Source: a virus
Virus genome (UHGV): UHGV-0192593
Length of the DNA stretch: 38,040 nucleotides
Reading direction: 5' to 3' (one strand)
Shown: piece by piece, positions 1 to 9,166 of the stretch
Numbering within the stretch: the stretch's first letter is position 1
Layout: every line of letters begins with the position of its first letter
Notes under the pieces: model-generated
The model's database searches: none
What the model was told of the DNA's origin: nothing
The model's input: only the letters and a program-made list of their open reading frames with translations
Program-made: the position numbers and the translations under genes

Positions 1-498
1 ATGCTCAAGTTAATCACGTTAGAGAAAATTGGCTTTAACAACTCTATAAAACTAAATGATCTTTTTGATCATGAAGAGGACTCGTGGATTGTACGAGCTA
101 TTTCTGGCAACCGCATTAAAGGTCGATATATTAATACTGGTGGTATTAATGGATTTCAGCATGACCTAATCGAAGCGACTGTAGTAGCGCAAAAAATCGG
201 TACGTTTGATAAAAATAACAGATTTTCCAGTGAAACAGAAATCATAAGCACAGCAAAAATGGCTTCGATTAATTCTCTTTCGTCTCACGAAAAACGGCGC
301 ACTGTAAGGGTCGGGGATGTGTGCGAATTGGGAGACAATGAATTTTATATCGCAAGAGAAGTAACAGAAATCAAGTACAGCTTTGTTGATGTAGTAACCA
401 AGTTAAAAGGTTATAGCGTGACTGAATTAACACCGCTAGAAATTAAAAAACTTAAAAATCAAAGACGATTAAACGAATTGGGTTGGTCAGTCTGTTAG
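1..498 (+). CDS. Hypothetical early/middle protein. Its RBS lies at the 3' end of the window if the map is circular.
   Basis: Long ORF from the six-frame track with no recognisable motif. AGGAGG sits at 38029-38034, just before position 1. Confidence 0.45.
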   Translation: MLKLITLEKIGFNNSIKLNDLFDHEEDSWIVRAISGNRIKGRYINTGGINGFQHDLIEATVVAQKIGTFDKNNRFSSETEIISTAKMASINSLSSHEKRRTVRVGDVCELGDNEFYIAREVTEIKYSFVDVVTKLKGYSVTELTPLEIKKLKNQRRLNELGWSVC

Positions 499-528
499 TG
501 ACAGAAATAAAAAACTAGGAGGTGCGTT

Positions 529-738
529 ATGCAAATAGAAAACTCAGCACTACCAGAGAGTGGATACATTGAAAAAGTTATCAACGTTGAAAAATTAGAG
601 AATGGGAATTTTCAAGTGACGGCTCGTGCTTTTCCTACAAGAAAAAGGAAAGTCCAAATTATTACTATGGAATTTTCTCAAAATGGGTTTAATGCATTAG
701 TAGGCTCATTGATGGCTATGTCGCAAGGAAGAGAATAA
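529..738 (+). CDS. Hypothetical protein.
   Basis: ORF preceded by AGGAGGTG, 6 nt upstream of the ATG. Confidence 0.5.
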   Translation: MQIENSALPESGYIEKVINVEKLENGNFQVTARAFPTRKRKVQIITMEFSQNGFNALVGSLMAMSQGRE

Positions 739-772
739 TTCCGCTATCCACCAAAATAGCAGAAAGCGAGGA

Positions 773-964
773 ATGAAAGAAATGAAAGAAAAATTATATC
801 GAGTGATCTTGCCGATTAAATTCAGCGATTTTAAGTACAACTATCTGGATATGTACGGAAGGCATTGCAAATCAAATTTTCTGGAGTTGGTACCCAAGCT
901 AACAGAGAGAGAAATAAGACGCATTGATCCGCGATTGGTGGCATTAGCCATGGAGGTAGAGTGA
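773..964 (+). CDS. Hypothetical protein.
   Basis: ORF with GAGGAA upstream. The start could be 773 or 782. Confidence 0.4.
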   Translation: MKEMKEKLYRVILPIKFSDFKYNYLDMYGRHCKSNFLELVPKLTEREIRRIDPRLVALAMEVE

Positions 965-1123
965 TCGATTAATTCCGCAATCGTCAGCGATAGCAAACAA
1001 AAAGAGACGGCAGACCACTCGCCATCTCAACAGTGAACTGCCAGTTTTCCGCCTGGCAAGTTCATTTTAACAAATCAACGTATAAAAAGGCTAGTAATAA
1101 CTAAAATGAACAGGAGGGATAAG

Positions 1124-1546
1124 ATGATACCAAAATTCAGAGCTTGGGAACCAGATACGAAGTTTATGAATGATCAGGTCCGAGTGACGAGTAACCGATT
1201 CGGAGATGGTGAGATTTTGGTTGAGGCTACCGATGCTTTTGGATGGGTAGAAGTGCAACCAGAGTATCTCATGCAATCAACAGGCTTGAAAGACAAGAAC
1301 CGCGTGGAAGTATTTCAAGGGGATATCGTAAAAGTAACCGACGAAGATGAAGAGTACAGTTATATCAGTGTAGTAAAGAATTATGCAGAAGAAGGCTATC
1401 CAGCATTTGATATAGAGTATCCAAGCGATTGGGAATATGAAAGCAATGCGCTATCTACAATCATGAGCGGAGGGTATGAAACGATTGAAATTATTGGCAA
1501 TATCTACGAGAACCCAGAACTATTGGAGCAAGCTAATGAAAACTAG
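1124..1546 (+). CDS. YopX-family phage protein.
   Basis: KFRAW near the N-terminus and IGNIYENPELL at the C-terminus are typical of the YopX family. The RBS AGGAGGG lies 5 nt before the ATG at 1124; the track start at 1106 has no RBS. Confidence 0.65.
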   Translation: MIPKFRAWEPDTKFMNDQVRVTSNRFGDGEILVEATDAFGWVEVQPEYLMQSTGLKDKNRVEVFQGDIVKVTDEDEEYSYISVVKNYAEEGYPAFDIEYPSDWEYESNALSTIMSGGYETIEIIGNIYENPELLEQANEN

Positions 1547-1724
1547 CCACTCAATCATCATAATACTGTTAACGATTGCTGGCGTGAGTTGGTTATCCTA
1601 TACAATTGTGGACCAACAGAAGCAAATTGAGCAGTTAGAACAGCTGCTGCAGCATGAGAAGATGAAGTACAAGATTATTATCAATGATCCGCTGGCTAGG
1701 GATGCAGCGGAAGCCGGAGGGTGA
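1536..1724 (+). CDS. Small membrane protein.
   Basis: Hydrophobic stretch IIIILLTIAGVSWLSYTI. The internal ATG at 1536 overlaps the stop of the YopX gene and has GGAG upstream. The longer track ORF would overlap YopX by 70 nt. Confidence 0.35.
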   Translation: MKTSHSIIIILLTIAGVSWLSYTIVDQQKQIEQLEQLLQHEKMKYKIIINDPLARDAAEAGG

Positions 1725-1727
1725 CAG

Positions 1728-1988
1728 ATGGAATTAAAAAGATCAAGCATTGAAAAAATGAGTGACGGAATAGGCCTCTTCTTTCAGGGAATAGGCGAGG
1801 TGTTCGCAGAGGTTGTATCTGTTGTGTCTAAAGTGTTCAAGCAAATTGACTGTAAAATGCTAGCGAAAGTTTCAAATGACCCAGAAATAAAGAAGTATTA
1901 CGCAATATACCGTAGAACAAAAAACTCCAGAATCAAGAAGAAACAGTTAAAGAAAATTAAAGCCGCACTATATGGAGATAAGTTATGA
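1728..1988 (+). CDS. Hypothetical protein.
   Basis: RBS GGAGGGTGA lies 4 nt upstream. The C-terminus is lysine-rich. Confidence 0.5.
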   Translation: MELKRSSIEKMSDGIGLFFQGIGEVFAEVVSVVSKVFKQIDCKMLAKVSNDPEIKKYYAIYRRTKNSRIKKKQLKKIKAALYGDKL

Positions 1989-2155
1989 CATTTGCAGTGT
2001 TAGGGTTCACAGGATTTGTCTTTTTAGTAGCTATCTGTGTAGTTGTCGGTAAGGCTACAGATAAAAAGGAGCAAGATTATGGAGGAAGCTATTTTATGGA
2101 ACAAGATGGCTTTGATAGTGGAAACAATTCTGATGGAACAAATAAAAGAAATTGA
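1985..2155 (+). CDS. Small single-pass membrane ORF of 56 aa, translationally coupled to the upstream gene.
   Basis: An ATGA overlap joins it to the stop of ORF 1728..1988. The N-terminus AVLGFTGFVFLVAICVVVG is hydrophobic. It falls below the length cutoff of the ORF track. Confidence 0.3.
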   Translation: MTFAVLGFTGFVFLVAICVVVGKATDKKEQDYGGSYFMEQDGFDSGNNSDGTNKRN

Positions 2156-2265
2156 AACGAAAGCAAAATAAAAAAGCATTAAGCAGTCGCCCAATGCCCT
2201 ACAAAATAATGATTTTGTACCCGCCAAGGTAATTTCATTATACCAAATAAAGGGGCGATTGAGCA

Positions 2266-2679
2266 ATGATGCTATTAAGAGAGATAGATTTTCGTAGGAC
2301 TAGGCAGAATGCAAAAAGCATTTTGAGAAATTATCGTCGGTTGGAGCGGATTGCTGGTCGATCTAAGATTGATGTCCGCTCACCGATCATCACTGATATG
2401 CCTAAAACACCAAGTAACGGCAACAAGTCAGAAGATGCGATCATCCAGATGATGGATGCGGAGGCAGAAAGGGATGCTATTGTAGTAGCTCTTTTGGCGT
2501 TGGGAATAGATAGTCGCCAAGTTTTGTATTATTCGTATTGCACTGTTGATCGATACTCAAATGTTGGAATTGCTCAGCAAATGGGTTACTCGGTCAGGAC
2601 AATCGAAGACTACAAGGCAACCGCCTTGATTGAATTCGCTGAAGCCTATCGAAAAGGAAAATTAATAGAATATTGCTGA
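2266..2679 (+). CDS. arpU: ArpU-family phage late transcriptional regulator.
   Basis: Length, N-terminal pattern (EIDFRRTRQNAKSILRNYRRL) and its position directly upstream of the packaging module match ArpU/RinA-like late activators of Firmicutes phages. Confidence 0.65.
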   Translation: MMLLREIDFRRTRQNAKSILRNYRRLERIAGRSKIDVRSPIITDMPKTPSNGNKSEDAIIQMMDAEAERDAIVVALLALGIDSRQVLYYSYCTVDRYSNVGIAQQMGYSVRTIEDYKATALIEFAEAYRKGKLIEYC

Positions 2680-2837
2680 ATCGATGTGGTTTTTATGTGG
2701 AAATACTGCGGTTTTTACATGAATTTGCGTAGTATTATTGTAGTATCAACTATTGTAAATAACAGGGCGCACTCCTTTATGATGTGTTGGCAGACCTCCT
2801 TTCTGAATTTCATTTTCAGCGCCCTGTATTTAAACTA

Positions 2838-2916
2838 AGACGGCGACAAAAAAATTTAAAATAGAATGGAGTTGAATTCACTCCTTTTCTTCATTCGCTA
2901 GCCGTCTTTTTTGTAT
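2838..2916 (+). terminator. Compound rho-independent terminator downstream of arpU.
   Basis: Inner hairpin GGAGT-tgaattc-ACTCC at 2868-2884. Outer pairing AGACGGC (2838-2844) with GCCGTCT (2901-2907), followed by a run of six T. Confidence 0.45.
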
Positions 2917-3062
2917 TATGTCACTGTGGCGGAATAGGTAGACGCTTCAGAAAGGTATTCCGATTTTAGGGACTTAGGTGCTATGCAGGGTGCAAATCCT
3001 TGCCAGTGACTTTGGGAGTTGTCGATTGGATTACTCACATGATCTTTGATACTTCCTACTTA

Positions 3063-3087
3063 ACAGCCTTTCGGGGCTGTTTTTTTA
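3063..3087 (+). terminator. Rho-independent terminator immediately upstream of terS.
   Basis: ACAGCC-tttcgg-GGCTGT stem followed by seven T. Confidence 0.6.
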
Positions 3088-3127
3088 CATAGAATTACAA
3101 AACAAACACAGATTGCGAGGTGGGATC

Positions 3128-3715
3128 ATGGCAAAAGGAAAATACTTGGAATGGCTGACTAAAGAAGGCCTTCTGAAAATTGAGGGATGGGCAAGAGATG
3201 GTCTTACCGATGAACAAATTGCGGAAAAAATCGGTATACAGCGCCAAACTTTGTATGATTGGAAAAAAAAGTATTCTGACATTTCTTACGCCCTAAAAAA
3301 GGGCAAAGAGGTAATCGATAGGCAAGTTGAAAATGCTCTGCTTAAAAGAGCACTAGGATACGAATACACTGAGGATGAGTATGCTGTTTTTGAAATGGAA
3401 GAAAATGAATATTTTGATGCACTTCAAAGCTATATCTTGCATTTCAAACAATCGCATCCGGAAGCTACTGATGAAGACATTGATTTGGCGCGAGATAATT
3501 TTCCGCGTACAAAAAGAGTGCTAGTTAAGCAGAAGACAAAGGAAGTAGTTCCGGACACAACTGCACAAATCTTTTGGTTGAAGAACAGAAAACCTAATGA
3601 ATGGCGTGATAAGCAAGTTGTGCAACATGATGGAGAGGTAAAAGTTTCTAATCCTTATGCAGGTCTAACCACTGAGGAATTGAGGCGATTAGCTCATGGC
3701 CAAGACAGCACTTGA
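3128..3715 (+). CDS. terS: Terminase small subunit.
   Basis: N-terminal HTH-like region (LTDEQIAEKIGIQRQTLYDWKK), about 195 aa, directly upstream of and overlapping terL. GAGGTGGG RBS. The ATG at 3128 is preferred over the TTG at 3113. Confidence 0.75.
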   Translation: MAKGKYLEWLTKEGLLKIEGWARDGLTDEQIAEKIGIQRQTLYDWKKKYSDISYALKKGKEVIDRQVENALLKRALGYEYTEDEYAVFEMEENEYFDALQSYILHFKQSHPEATDEDIDLARDNFPRTKRVLVKQKTKEVVPDTTAQIFWLKNRKPNEWRDKQVVQHDGEVKVSNPYAGLTTEELRRLAHGQDST

Positions 3716-5147
3716 TTCTGAAACAGTAAGAAAAGAAGCCCAGAAAGAGCTTGCCAGAAGAGATTATGGTGAGTTCTTTTATTATTCTCATGGATCAACA
3801 TTTAAACCATTACCTCATCAAAATTATGTGGCACCATTCTTGCAGCGTATTGCGGATGGGGAACGACTTTTTATTATTGTTGAATTACCACCTCAACATG
3901 GCAAATCGACATTTATCACAGAAACTTTTCCAGCCTACTATTTAATGAAAAATCCTGATAAGTTAGCTATGGTTGTCTCCTACTCAGAAGAGTTATTCAA
4001 AAAGTTTGGTAGAAAAAACCGTGAAAAATTCCGTTTATACAGTGATGAATTATTTAATCTTAATATCAGTTCAGAGACTGCTAGTGTTTCAGAATGGGGA
4101 ATACAAGATCATTTAGGACAACTGTATAGCACATCTATTCTCGGTGGCGCTACAGGTCGTGGAGCAAATTTAATCATTATAGATGACCCAATCAAAAACA
4201 GAGCAGAAGCAGAATCAAAAACAATTAGAGATAAAATCTATGCAGAATGGCAAGATACTTTTTATTCTCGTTTATCTGCTGATGGATCAGTTATTGTCAT
4301 AATGACTAGGTGGCATGAAGACGACCTTGCGGGTAGATTGCTTAAAGAAATGAAGCTTCCTTGGATTGAAATAAAAATTCCTGCTATTGCTGAAGAAAAT
4401 GATCTTTTAGGAAGAAAGCCAGGACAGGCATTGGCACCTGAAATTGGTAAAGATGAAGAGTGGGCTGAGCAAACAAAAGCTGTAACCGGTTCTCGTGGTT
4501 GGGCTGCACTATATCAACAAAGACCAACACCTGCGGGAGGGGATATTTTTAAAAGGTCATGGGCTAAATTTTATGTACCTACAATAGACATGAAAGTTAA
4601 GCTTGGATTGGGTGATGACGTTGCAATATTGCCTAGTTCATTCGACATTCAATTGCAATCATGGGACTGTACTTTTAAAGATAAAGACACATCAGATTAC
4701 GTTTCTGGACAAGTTTGGGGGCGGTCAGGTGTGGATAACTATTTGCTAGATCGTCATCACGAGAGAATGGGGATTGTCGATACTATGAAAGCTATTCAGG
4801 TTATGACATCCAAATGGCCAAATGCGGTAGCTAAGTTGATTGAGGATAAAGCGAATGGATCAGCTGTTATTGAAATGCTCCAAAAGAAAATAAAAGGAAT
4901 TGTCGCGATTAATCCACAAGGTGGTAAAGAAGTAAGAGCGCAAGCTGTTGCTCCTCTATGGGAAGCTGGGAATGTTTATCTACCTCATCCATTGTGGAAA
5001 CCATATACAGATGAGATTCTTGATGAACTAACTGCCTTCCCAAATGCTGATCACGATGACGATGTTGACAGTATGTCTCAAGCTTTGGTCCGCTTGGATC
5101 ACAAACCAACGAGAACAAGAAGAACAAAAAGAAAAACAGCATTTTAG
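3696..5147 (+). CDS. terL: Terminase large subunit (ATPase and nuclease).
   Basis: Walker-A-like GKST motif (PPQHGKSTFITE), acidic IIIDDP motif, 483 aa, and overlap with terS. Confidence 0.85.
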   Translation: MAKTALDSETVRKEAQKELARRDYGEFFYYSHGSTFKPLPHQNYVAPFLQRIADGERLFIIVELPPQHGKSTFITETFPAYYLMKNPDKLAMVVSYSEELFKKFGRKNREKFRLYSDELFNLNISSETASVSEWGIQDHLGQLYSTSILGGATGRGANLIIIDDPIKNRAEAESKTIRDKIYAEWQDTFYSRLSADGSVIVIMTRWHEDDLAGRLLKEMKLPWIEIKIPAIAEENDLLGRKPGQALAPEIGKDEEWAEQTKAVTGSRGWAALYQQRPTPAGGDIFKRSWAKFYVPTIDMKVKLGLGDDVAILPSSFDIQLQSWDCTFKDKDTSDYVSGQVWGRSGVDNYLLDRHHERMGIVDTMKAIQVMTSKWPNAVAKLIEDKANGSAVIEMLQKKIKGIVAINPQGGKEVRAQAVAPLWEAGNVYLPHPLWKPYTDEILDELTAFPNADHDDDVDSMSQALVRLDHKPTRTRRTKRKTAF

Positions 5148-5158
5148 GAGGTGGTTTC

Positions 5159-6691
5159 TTGACATCAAAAATCATTAGTGGTGGAACAAAAGGATCTGTT
5201 CCAGATAAGTACATCAAAAAGGACGTTAGCATCAAGAAAAAACGATCATTAAGATTTAAATCGGAAGGCGGACTTGATCAAAGAAGAGATTTGACGCAAT
5301 TGTCTCCGCCTTATGATATTGCTACTCTACGATCAATTACCGATATTTCCGACATTCTAAATCAATCTATTGAAGCTTATGTAACGAACGTGGCTGGATT
5401 TGGTTTTGGTTTACGGTATAAAGTAGATGATACCGAAGAAACAGCAGAAATGAAGGCAGAATGGAATCAATTGGATATTCTTCTTAAGGAGTTATCTTTT
5501 GAACGTCCGCCAAAAGAAGTAATTGAAGAGGTAATCCGACACGTTGAAGAATGCGGTAATGGCTACATTGAAGTTATTCGAAATTTGAAAGGTGACGTTG
5601 TAGGGATTGATTCTGTCAAACCTGAGTATATGACTGTTACGAAACTAAATAGAGTAGTAAATGCAGATGGATCGGAAATTAAAGTCCGCTATTTTGTATT
5701 CCGTGACTCTATGGATGATTCTGTAACAGAATCTGGTACGTGGTTTAAAACTTTTGGCGATCCTACACCCTTAAACGCAAACGGCAGCATTGCAGCAGAG
5801 GGAGAAGGAACTGCAACAGAAATTATTCATCTGAAAAATGGCGACTTTCAAGATCCGTATGGTAAACCTCGTTGGATTGGTCCTTTAATTAAGATTCTTG
5901 GAAATCGCAAAGCTGATGAACTGAATTATAGGTACTTCACACAAGGACGGCATATCCCACTGGCTATCACTCTAGAAAATGCCCAATTAACCGAAGAATC
6001 AGAAGCTACGTTACAAGCATATGCGAATGCTATTGGCGGAGAAGAAAATCAGCATAAGTTTTTATTGCTGGAAGCTGAGAAGGTGAGTCCTTCTGAAGAG
6101 ATGATAGGGGCGGGAGAAGATAAATTCAAGCCATCTATCAATATCGAGAAATTAGCAGACATTTTACAAAAAGATGCTTTGTTTCTTGAGTATGATGAAA
6201 ACGTCATTGAATCAGTTCTTGGGGCGTTCAGATTGCCGCCAATCTATGTTGCTCGGTCTAGTGATTACACGAGGGCTACTGCAGAAACGGCAAAGGAGCT
6301 GACGGAAGAACAAGTATTTCAACCCATGCGAGAATCTTACGATTGGCGTATTAATTCGCTGTTTAGGGAATATGAGTTTAAATACGTTGAAGTATTCCTA
6401 AAATCCTCCAATTTAGTGAATATGGAGGATGTGAAGGCAATTCTCACACCGGCTATCCAAGCAAATGCCGTGGCTCCAAATGATCTGAGAGATCTTCTTT
6501 CTAAAGCTCTAAATAAGCCACTAGAGGCATTTGAAGGTGACGAGTACAATTATCCGTTAAAGAATCAAACAGCCTCATCAGCTTTAAATCTTGGTGATTT
6601 AGACGTATCTAAAGCATATGGCGAAGGAGAGGTAAGTGAAGTTGCTGCAAGTATTCGACGTATGATCCGGAGTGTGAAGGCTGATGAATGA
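5159..6691 (+). CDS. Portal protein.
   Basis: 510 aa gene directly after terL. GGAGGTG RBS with a TTG start. Confidence 0.75.
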   Translation: MTSKIISGGTKGSVPDKYIKKDVSIKKKRSLRFKSEGGLDQRRDLTQLSPPYDIATLRSITDISDILNQSIEAYVTNVAGFGFGLRYKVDDTEETAEMKAEWNQLDILLKELSFERPPKEVIEEVIRHVEECGNGYIEVIRNLKGDVVGIDSVKPEYMTVTKLNRVVNADGSEIKVRYFVFRDSMDDSVTESGTWFKTFGDPTPLNANGSIAAEGEGTATEIIHLKNGDFQDPYGKPRWIGPLIKILGNRKADELNYRYFTQGRHIPLAITLENAQLTEESEATLQAYANAIGGEENQHKFLLLEAEKVSPSEEMIGAGEDKFKPSINIEKLADILQKDALFLEYDENVIESVLGAFRLPPIYVARSSDYTRATAETAKELTEEQVFQPMRESYDWRINSLFREYEFKYVEVFLKSSNLVNMEDVKAILTPAIQANAVAPNDLRDLLSKALNKPLEAFEGDEYNYPLKNQTASSALNLGDLDVSKAYGEGEVSEVAASIRRMIRSVKADE

Positions 6692-7505
6692 TGAAGAATT
6701 AATCAAAGCCGCTTTACAGCTAAAAAAAGAAGAAGATGAAGAATTAGCCAAGCTTTTAGAAAAGGCTGGCTTTTTATTTGTTCCGATTCTGCTCAAGTAT
6801 ATTTTGCAAACCGAAGATAAGATGGATGACACGCTACAGATTGACTATGAAGAAGTCTGGGAGAAAGTAAAGAAGTTCCTGGAGAAACGGAAAAAGAAGC
6901 CCACCAAGTTATCTATCAAGGTCATGCTTAGAGGAAGATCGTTTAAATCAAATATGAAAAATAAGGTCATTCCTGAATTAAGAAAGACTTTCTTTGGGTT
7001 ATTTGATGAATTTAACACTAAATATGATGGGCAAGAAGAATTTGATTATCAGACTAAACACTACCGAGACATCGAAAAATGGCTTAGGAAGCTGCCAAAA
7101 CTAATGAACGTTACTACAGAGAACGCTCTTGTAGGAGTGATTCAAGAATCTTTTGATGAAGGTAAAGGCATCCGATGGTTAGAAAGTAAGCTGTCTTCAC
7201 TCCCTGAATTCTCTCGCAATCGTGCCAGAACAACTGCGATCACTGAGGGATTAAGAATGTACTCTGGCAGCCAGTATGAAGCATTAATGCAAAACGATGC
7301 TGTTATAGGTATGACTTGGTACCACACTCATGGAATAAAAGAACCGAGAAAAGGTCACGAGGCAATGGACGGTCAAACAATCGCTAAAGGCGAGTACTTC
7401 ATCGTCAATGGCGAAAGTTGCCGTTATCCTCGTGACCCTATGTTATCTGCTAAAGAGTCGATTCATTGTCATTGCTTTGTTGTTCCTACTATTCAATCAT
7501 TTTGA
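6684..7505 (+). CDS. Minor head / head morphogenesis protein (Mu gpF / SPP1 gp7-like).
   Basis: Follows the portal gene. The C-terminal region (GHEAMDGQTIAKGEYFIVNGESCRYPRDPM...HCHCF) resembles the Phage_Mu_F family. Confidence 0.65.
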   Translation: MNDEELIKAALQLKKEEDEELAKLLEKAGFLFVPILLKYILQTEDKMDDTLQIDYEEVWEKVKKFLEKRKKKPTKLSIKVMLRGRSFKSNMKNKVIPELRKTFFGLFDEFNTKYDGQEEFDYQTKHYRDIEKWLRKLPKLMNVTTENALVGVIQESFDEGKGIRWLESKLSSLPEFSRNRARTTAITEGLRMYSGSQYEALMQNDAVIGMTWYHTHGIKEPRKGHEAMDGQTIAKGEYFIVNGESCRYPRDPMLSAKESIHCHCFVVPTIQSF

Positions 7506-7999
7506 GAAACTACCATAAGACTCACAAGCTCAACTTCATTTGTTTTAATTCCAAGGTCAAGAAATGGCAGATTCACATTTGATTCCAAAAATTTAACGTT
7601 TCTAAAAACAGCCGGGCTTTCAAGTGTATCCGGCAGATTTAGTCCATTCACAAATTCTTTGATTGATTGTAACAATAACTGCTGATCATACTTTAACAGT
7701 TCCTTACTCACAGGATAAAAACTATATTTATCCTTCATTTGTCTTAAGACAATACTGTATAAAGAATTTTCATTACGAAGGTTAGGAAAAGAGCGTCTAT
7801 ATTCAACCATGTTTTCTTCCCAAAAAATAGTCATTGGATCAAAGTTTTCATCGCTCAAGAATGTTGTGGCAGTAAAAAGTTTATTATCATAACTAAAGAC
7901 TAGTTCTCTTTTGTCTACTTCTATCCTTCTTTGTTCAAATAATAATTGATCAAAGATCCTTAGGGCATATTCTATAGCTTGTAATTTAATAAAATCCAT
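7493..7999 (-). CDS. Hypothetical protein of 168 aa. It is an antisense moron inside the head module.
   Basis: Only minus-strand gene within the structural block. GAGAGTAGG RBS 7 nt before the ATG. It has its own upstream TTGAAA-N16-TATAAT promoter and is AT-rich. Confidence 0.5.
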   Translation of the reverse strand: MDFIKLQAIEYALRIFDQLLFEQRRIEVDKRELVFSYDNKLFTATTFLSDENFDPMTIFWEENMVEYRRSFPNLRNENSLYSIVLRQMKDKYSFYPVSKELLKYDQQLLLQSIKEFVNGLNLPDTLESPAVFRNVKFLESNVNLPFLDLGIKTNEVELVSLMVVSQND

Positions 8000-8035
8000 G
8001 TTTAAACCTACTCTCTGATTTTGTTCGGTTATTGT

Positions 8036-8075
8036 ACCGACAAACTAATTATATAGTATGTGTAAATGTTTTCAA
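8036..8075 (-). promoter_or_regulatory. Sigma-70-like promoter for the antisense moron 7493..7999.
   Basis: On the minus strand: TTGAAAacatttacacatacTATATAAT, about 25 nt upstream of the RBS. Confidence 0.4.
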
Positions 8076-8100
8076 ATAATATTTGAAAGGTGGTGAGAAA

Positions 8101-9153
8101 ATGCGAAAACTAGAAAACGTTCTTGTAACACATGTTTCATATGTAGATAAGGCAGCCAATAAGAAATCATTCTTTCTTACTAAGTCTGCTGAAGATCTAA
8201 AACCTAATTTTGAAACCGAAGTTAAATTGGTTACTAAATCGGATGATCCACAAAAACTTGTATATGGTGTTGTTTATGAGCCTAATGTTGAAGATGTTCA
8301 TGGAGATTTTATGGATGCTGAAACAATCGAGAAGGCTGCACATGGATTCATGGCGGATTATCAACAAATTGATAAACAGCACGATTTCACCACAAATGCC
8401 GGAAAGGTAGTGGAGAGTTATGTTGCTCCTGTAGATATGAATATTGGAGATACTACAATTACAAAAGGCACCTGGGTACTTGTCACTAAAGCTACTGATG
8501 AAATGTGGGAGTCGATCCAGAAAGGTGAGTTCACAGGCTATTCTTTAGCCGGAACTGCTCAAGTAGAAGAAGTTCAGAAGCAGACTAAAGATCGTTACAT
8601 TAGAAATGAGCCATCAAGAAATTTGATTGCGGCAATTGATGCTTTTTATCAAACTGCAAATCGTTTGATATGGGATGATAATGAGGATCTTCCGGATACT
8701 TATGAAAGTATTATCTCAGAAGCAAATGAATTTATAGACGTTATAACTCAATTAAAGGGAGGTAACGGTATTGTTAAATCTAAAGGACTAATCGAAATGG
8801 TTAAGTCCTTTTTTAGTACAAAAAAATCTGAGGAGGACAAGGAAATGACAGAAGAACAGTTAAAAAAAGCGCTCGGTGAAGCGTTGCAACCAGTAAACGA
8901 TCGATTATCAGCTTTGGAAAAAGGCGATAAAACAGAAGGAAAACCGGAAACAACAAATTCAGAAGTTAGCGATGAATTAGATGCAGCCGCAATTGCTAAG
9001 GCAGTTTCAGAAGCCATTGCACCACTGAAAACGAAGATCGAGAATCTCGAAAAGTCTCGTATCAGCAATAACACTGAACAAAATTACACAGAAACAGTTG
9101 AGAAATCGGTTGTACCATCTTATGTGGACGCTGCTTTCCCAATTTCTGAATAA
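8101..9153 (+). CDS. Putative prohead protease (XkdF-like N-terminal domain) fused to a scaffold-like coiled-coil C-terminal region.
   Basis: Sits between the minor head protein and the major capsid gene. The N-terminal HGDFMDAETIEKAAHGFM region is XkdF-like. The C-terminus is charged, helical and rich in E, K and L. GGTGGTGAG RBS. The ATG at 8101 is preferred over the track start at 8083. Confidence 0.5.
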   Translation: MRKLENVLVTHVSYVDKAANKKSFFLTKSAEDLKPNFETEVKLVTKSDDPQKLVYGVVYEPNVEDVHGDFMDAETIEKAAHGFMADYQQIDKQHDFTTNAGKVVESYVAPVDMNIGDTTITKGTWVLVTKATDEMWESIQKGEFTGYSLAGTAQVEEVQKQTKDRYIRNEPSRNLIAAIDAFYQTANRLIWDDNEDLPDTYESIISEANEFIDVITQLKGGNGIVKSKGLIEMVKSFFSTKKSEEDKEMTEEQLKKALGEALQPVNDRLSALEKGDKTEGKPETTNSEVSDELDAAAIAKAVSEAIAPLKTKIENLEKSRISNNTEQNYTETVEKSVVPSYVDAAFPISE

Positions 9154-9166
9154 GGGGGAAACACAA

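Noticed and set aside
2024-2266. An 80-aa minus-strand ORF in the gap before arpU.
   Set aside because: It is a hydrophobic, low-complexity translation with no RBS. The plus-strand 56-aa ORF, translationally coupled to the upstream gene, explains the region better.
2920-3010. A tRNA gene call for the 91-nt element, which has a 7-bp acceptor-like stem plus D-arm-like and T-arm-like features.
   Set aside because: There is no U33, the anticodon stem has a mismatch and no convincing anticodon loop, there is an extra nucleotide between the T-stem and the acceptor stem, and the T-loop is non-canonical (TGCAAAT). I keep it only as a tRNA-like structured element pending tRNAscan or Infernal.
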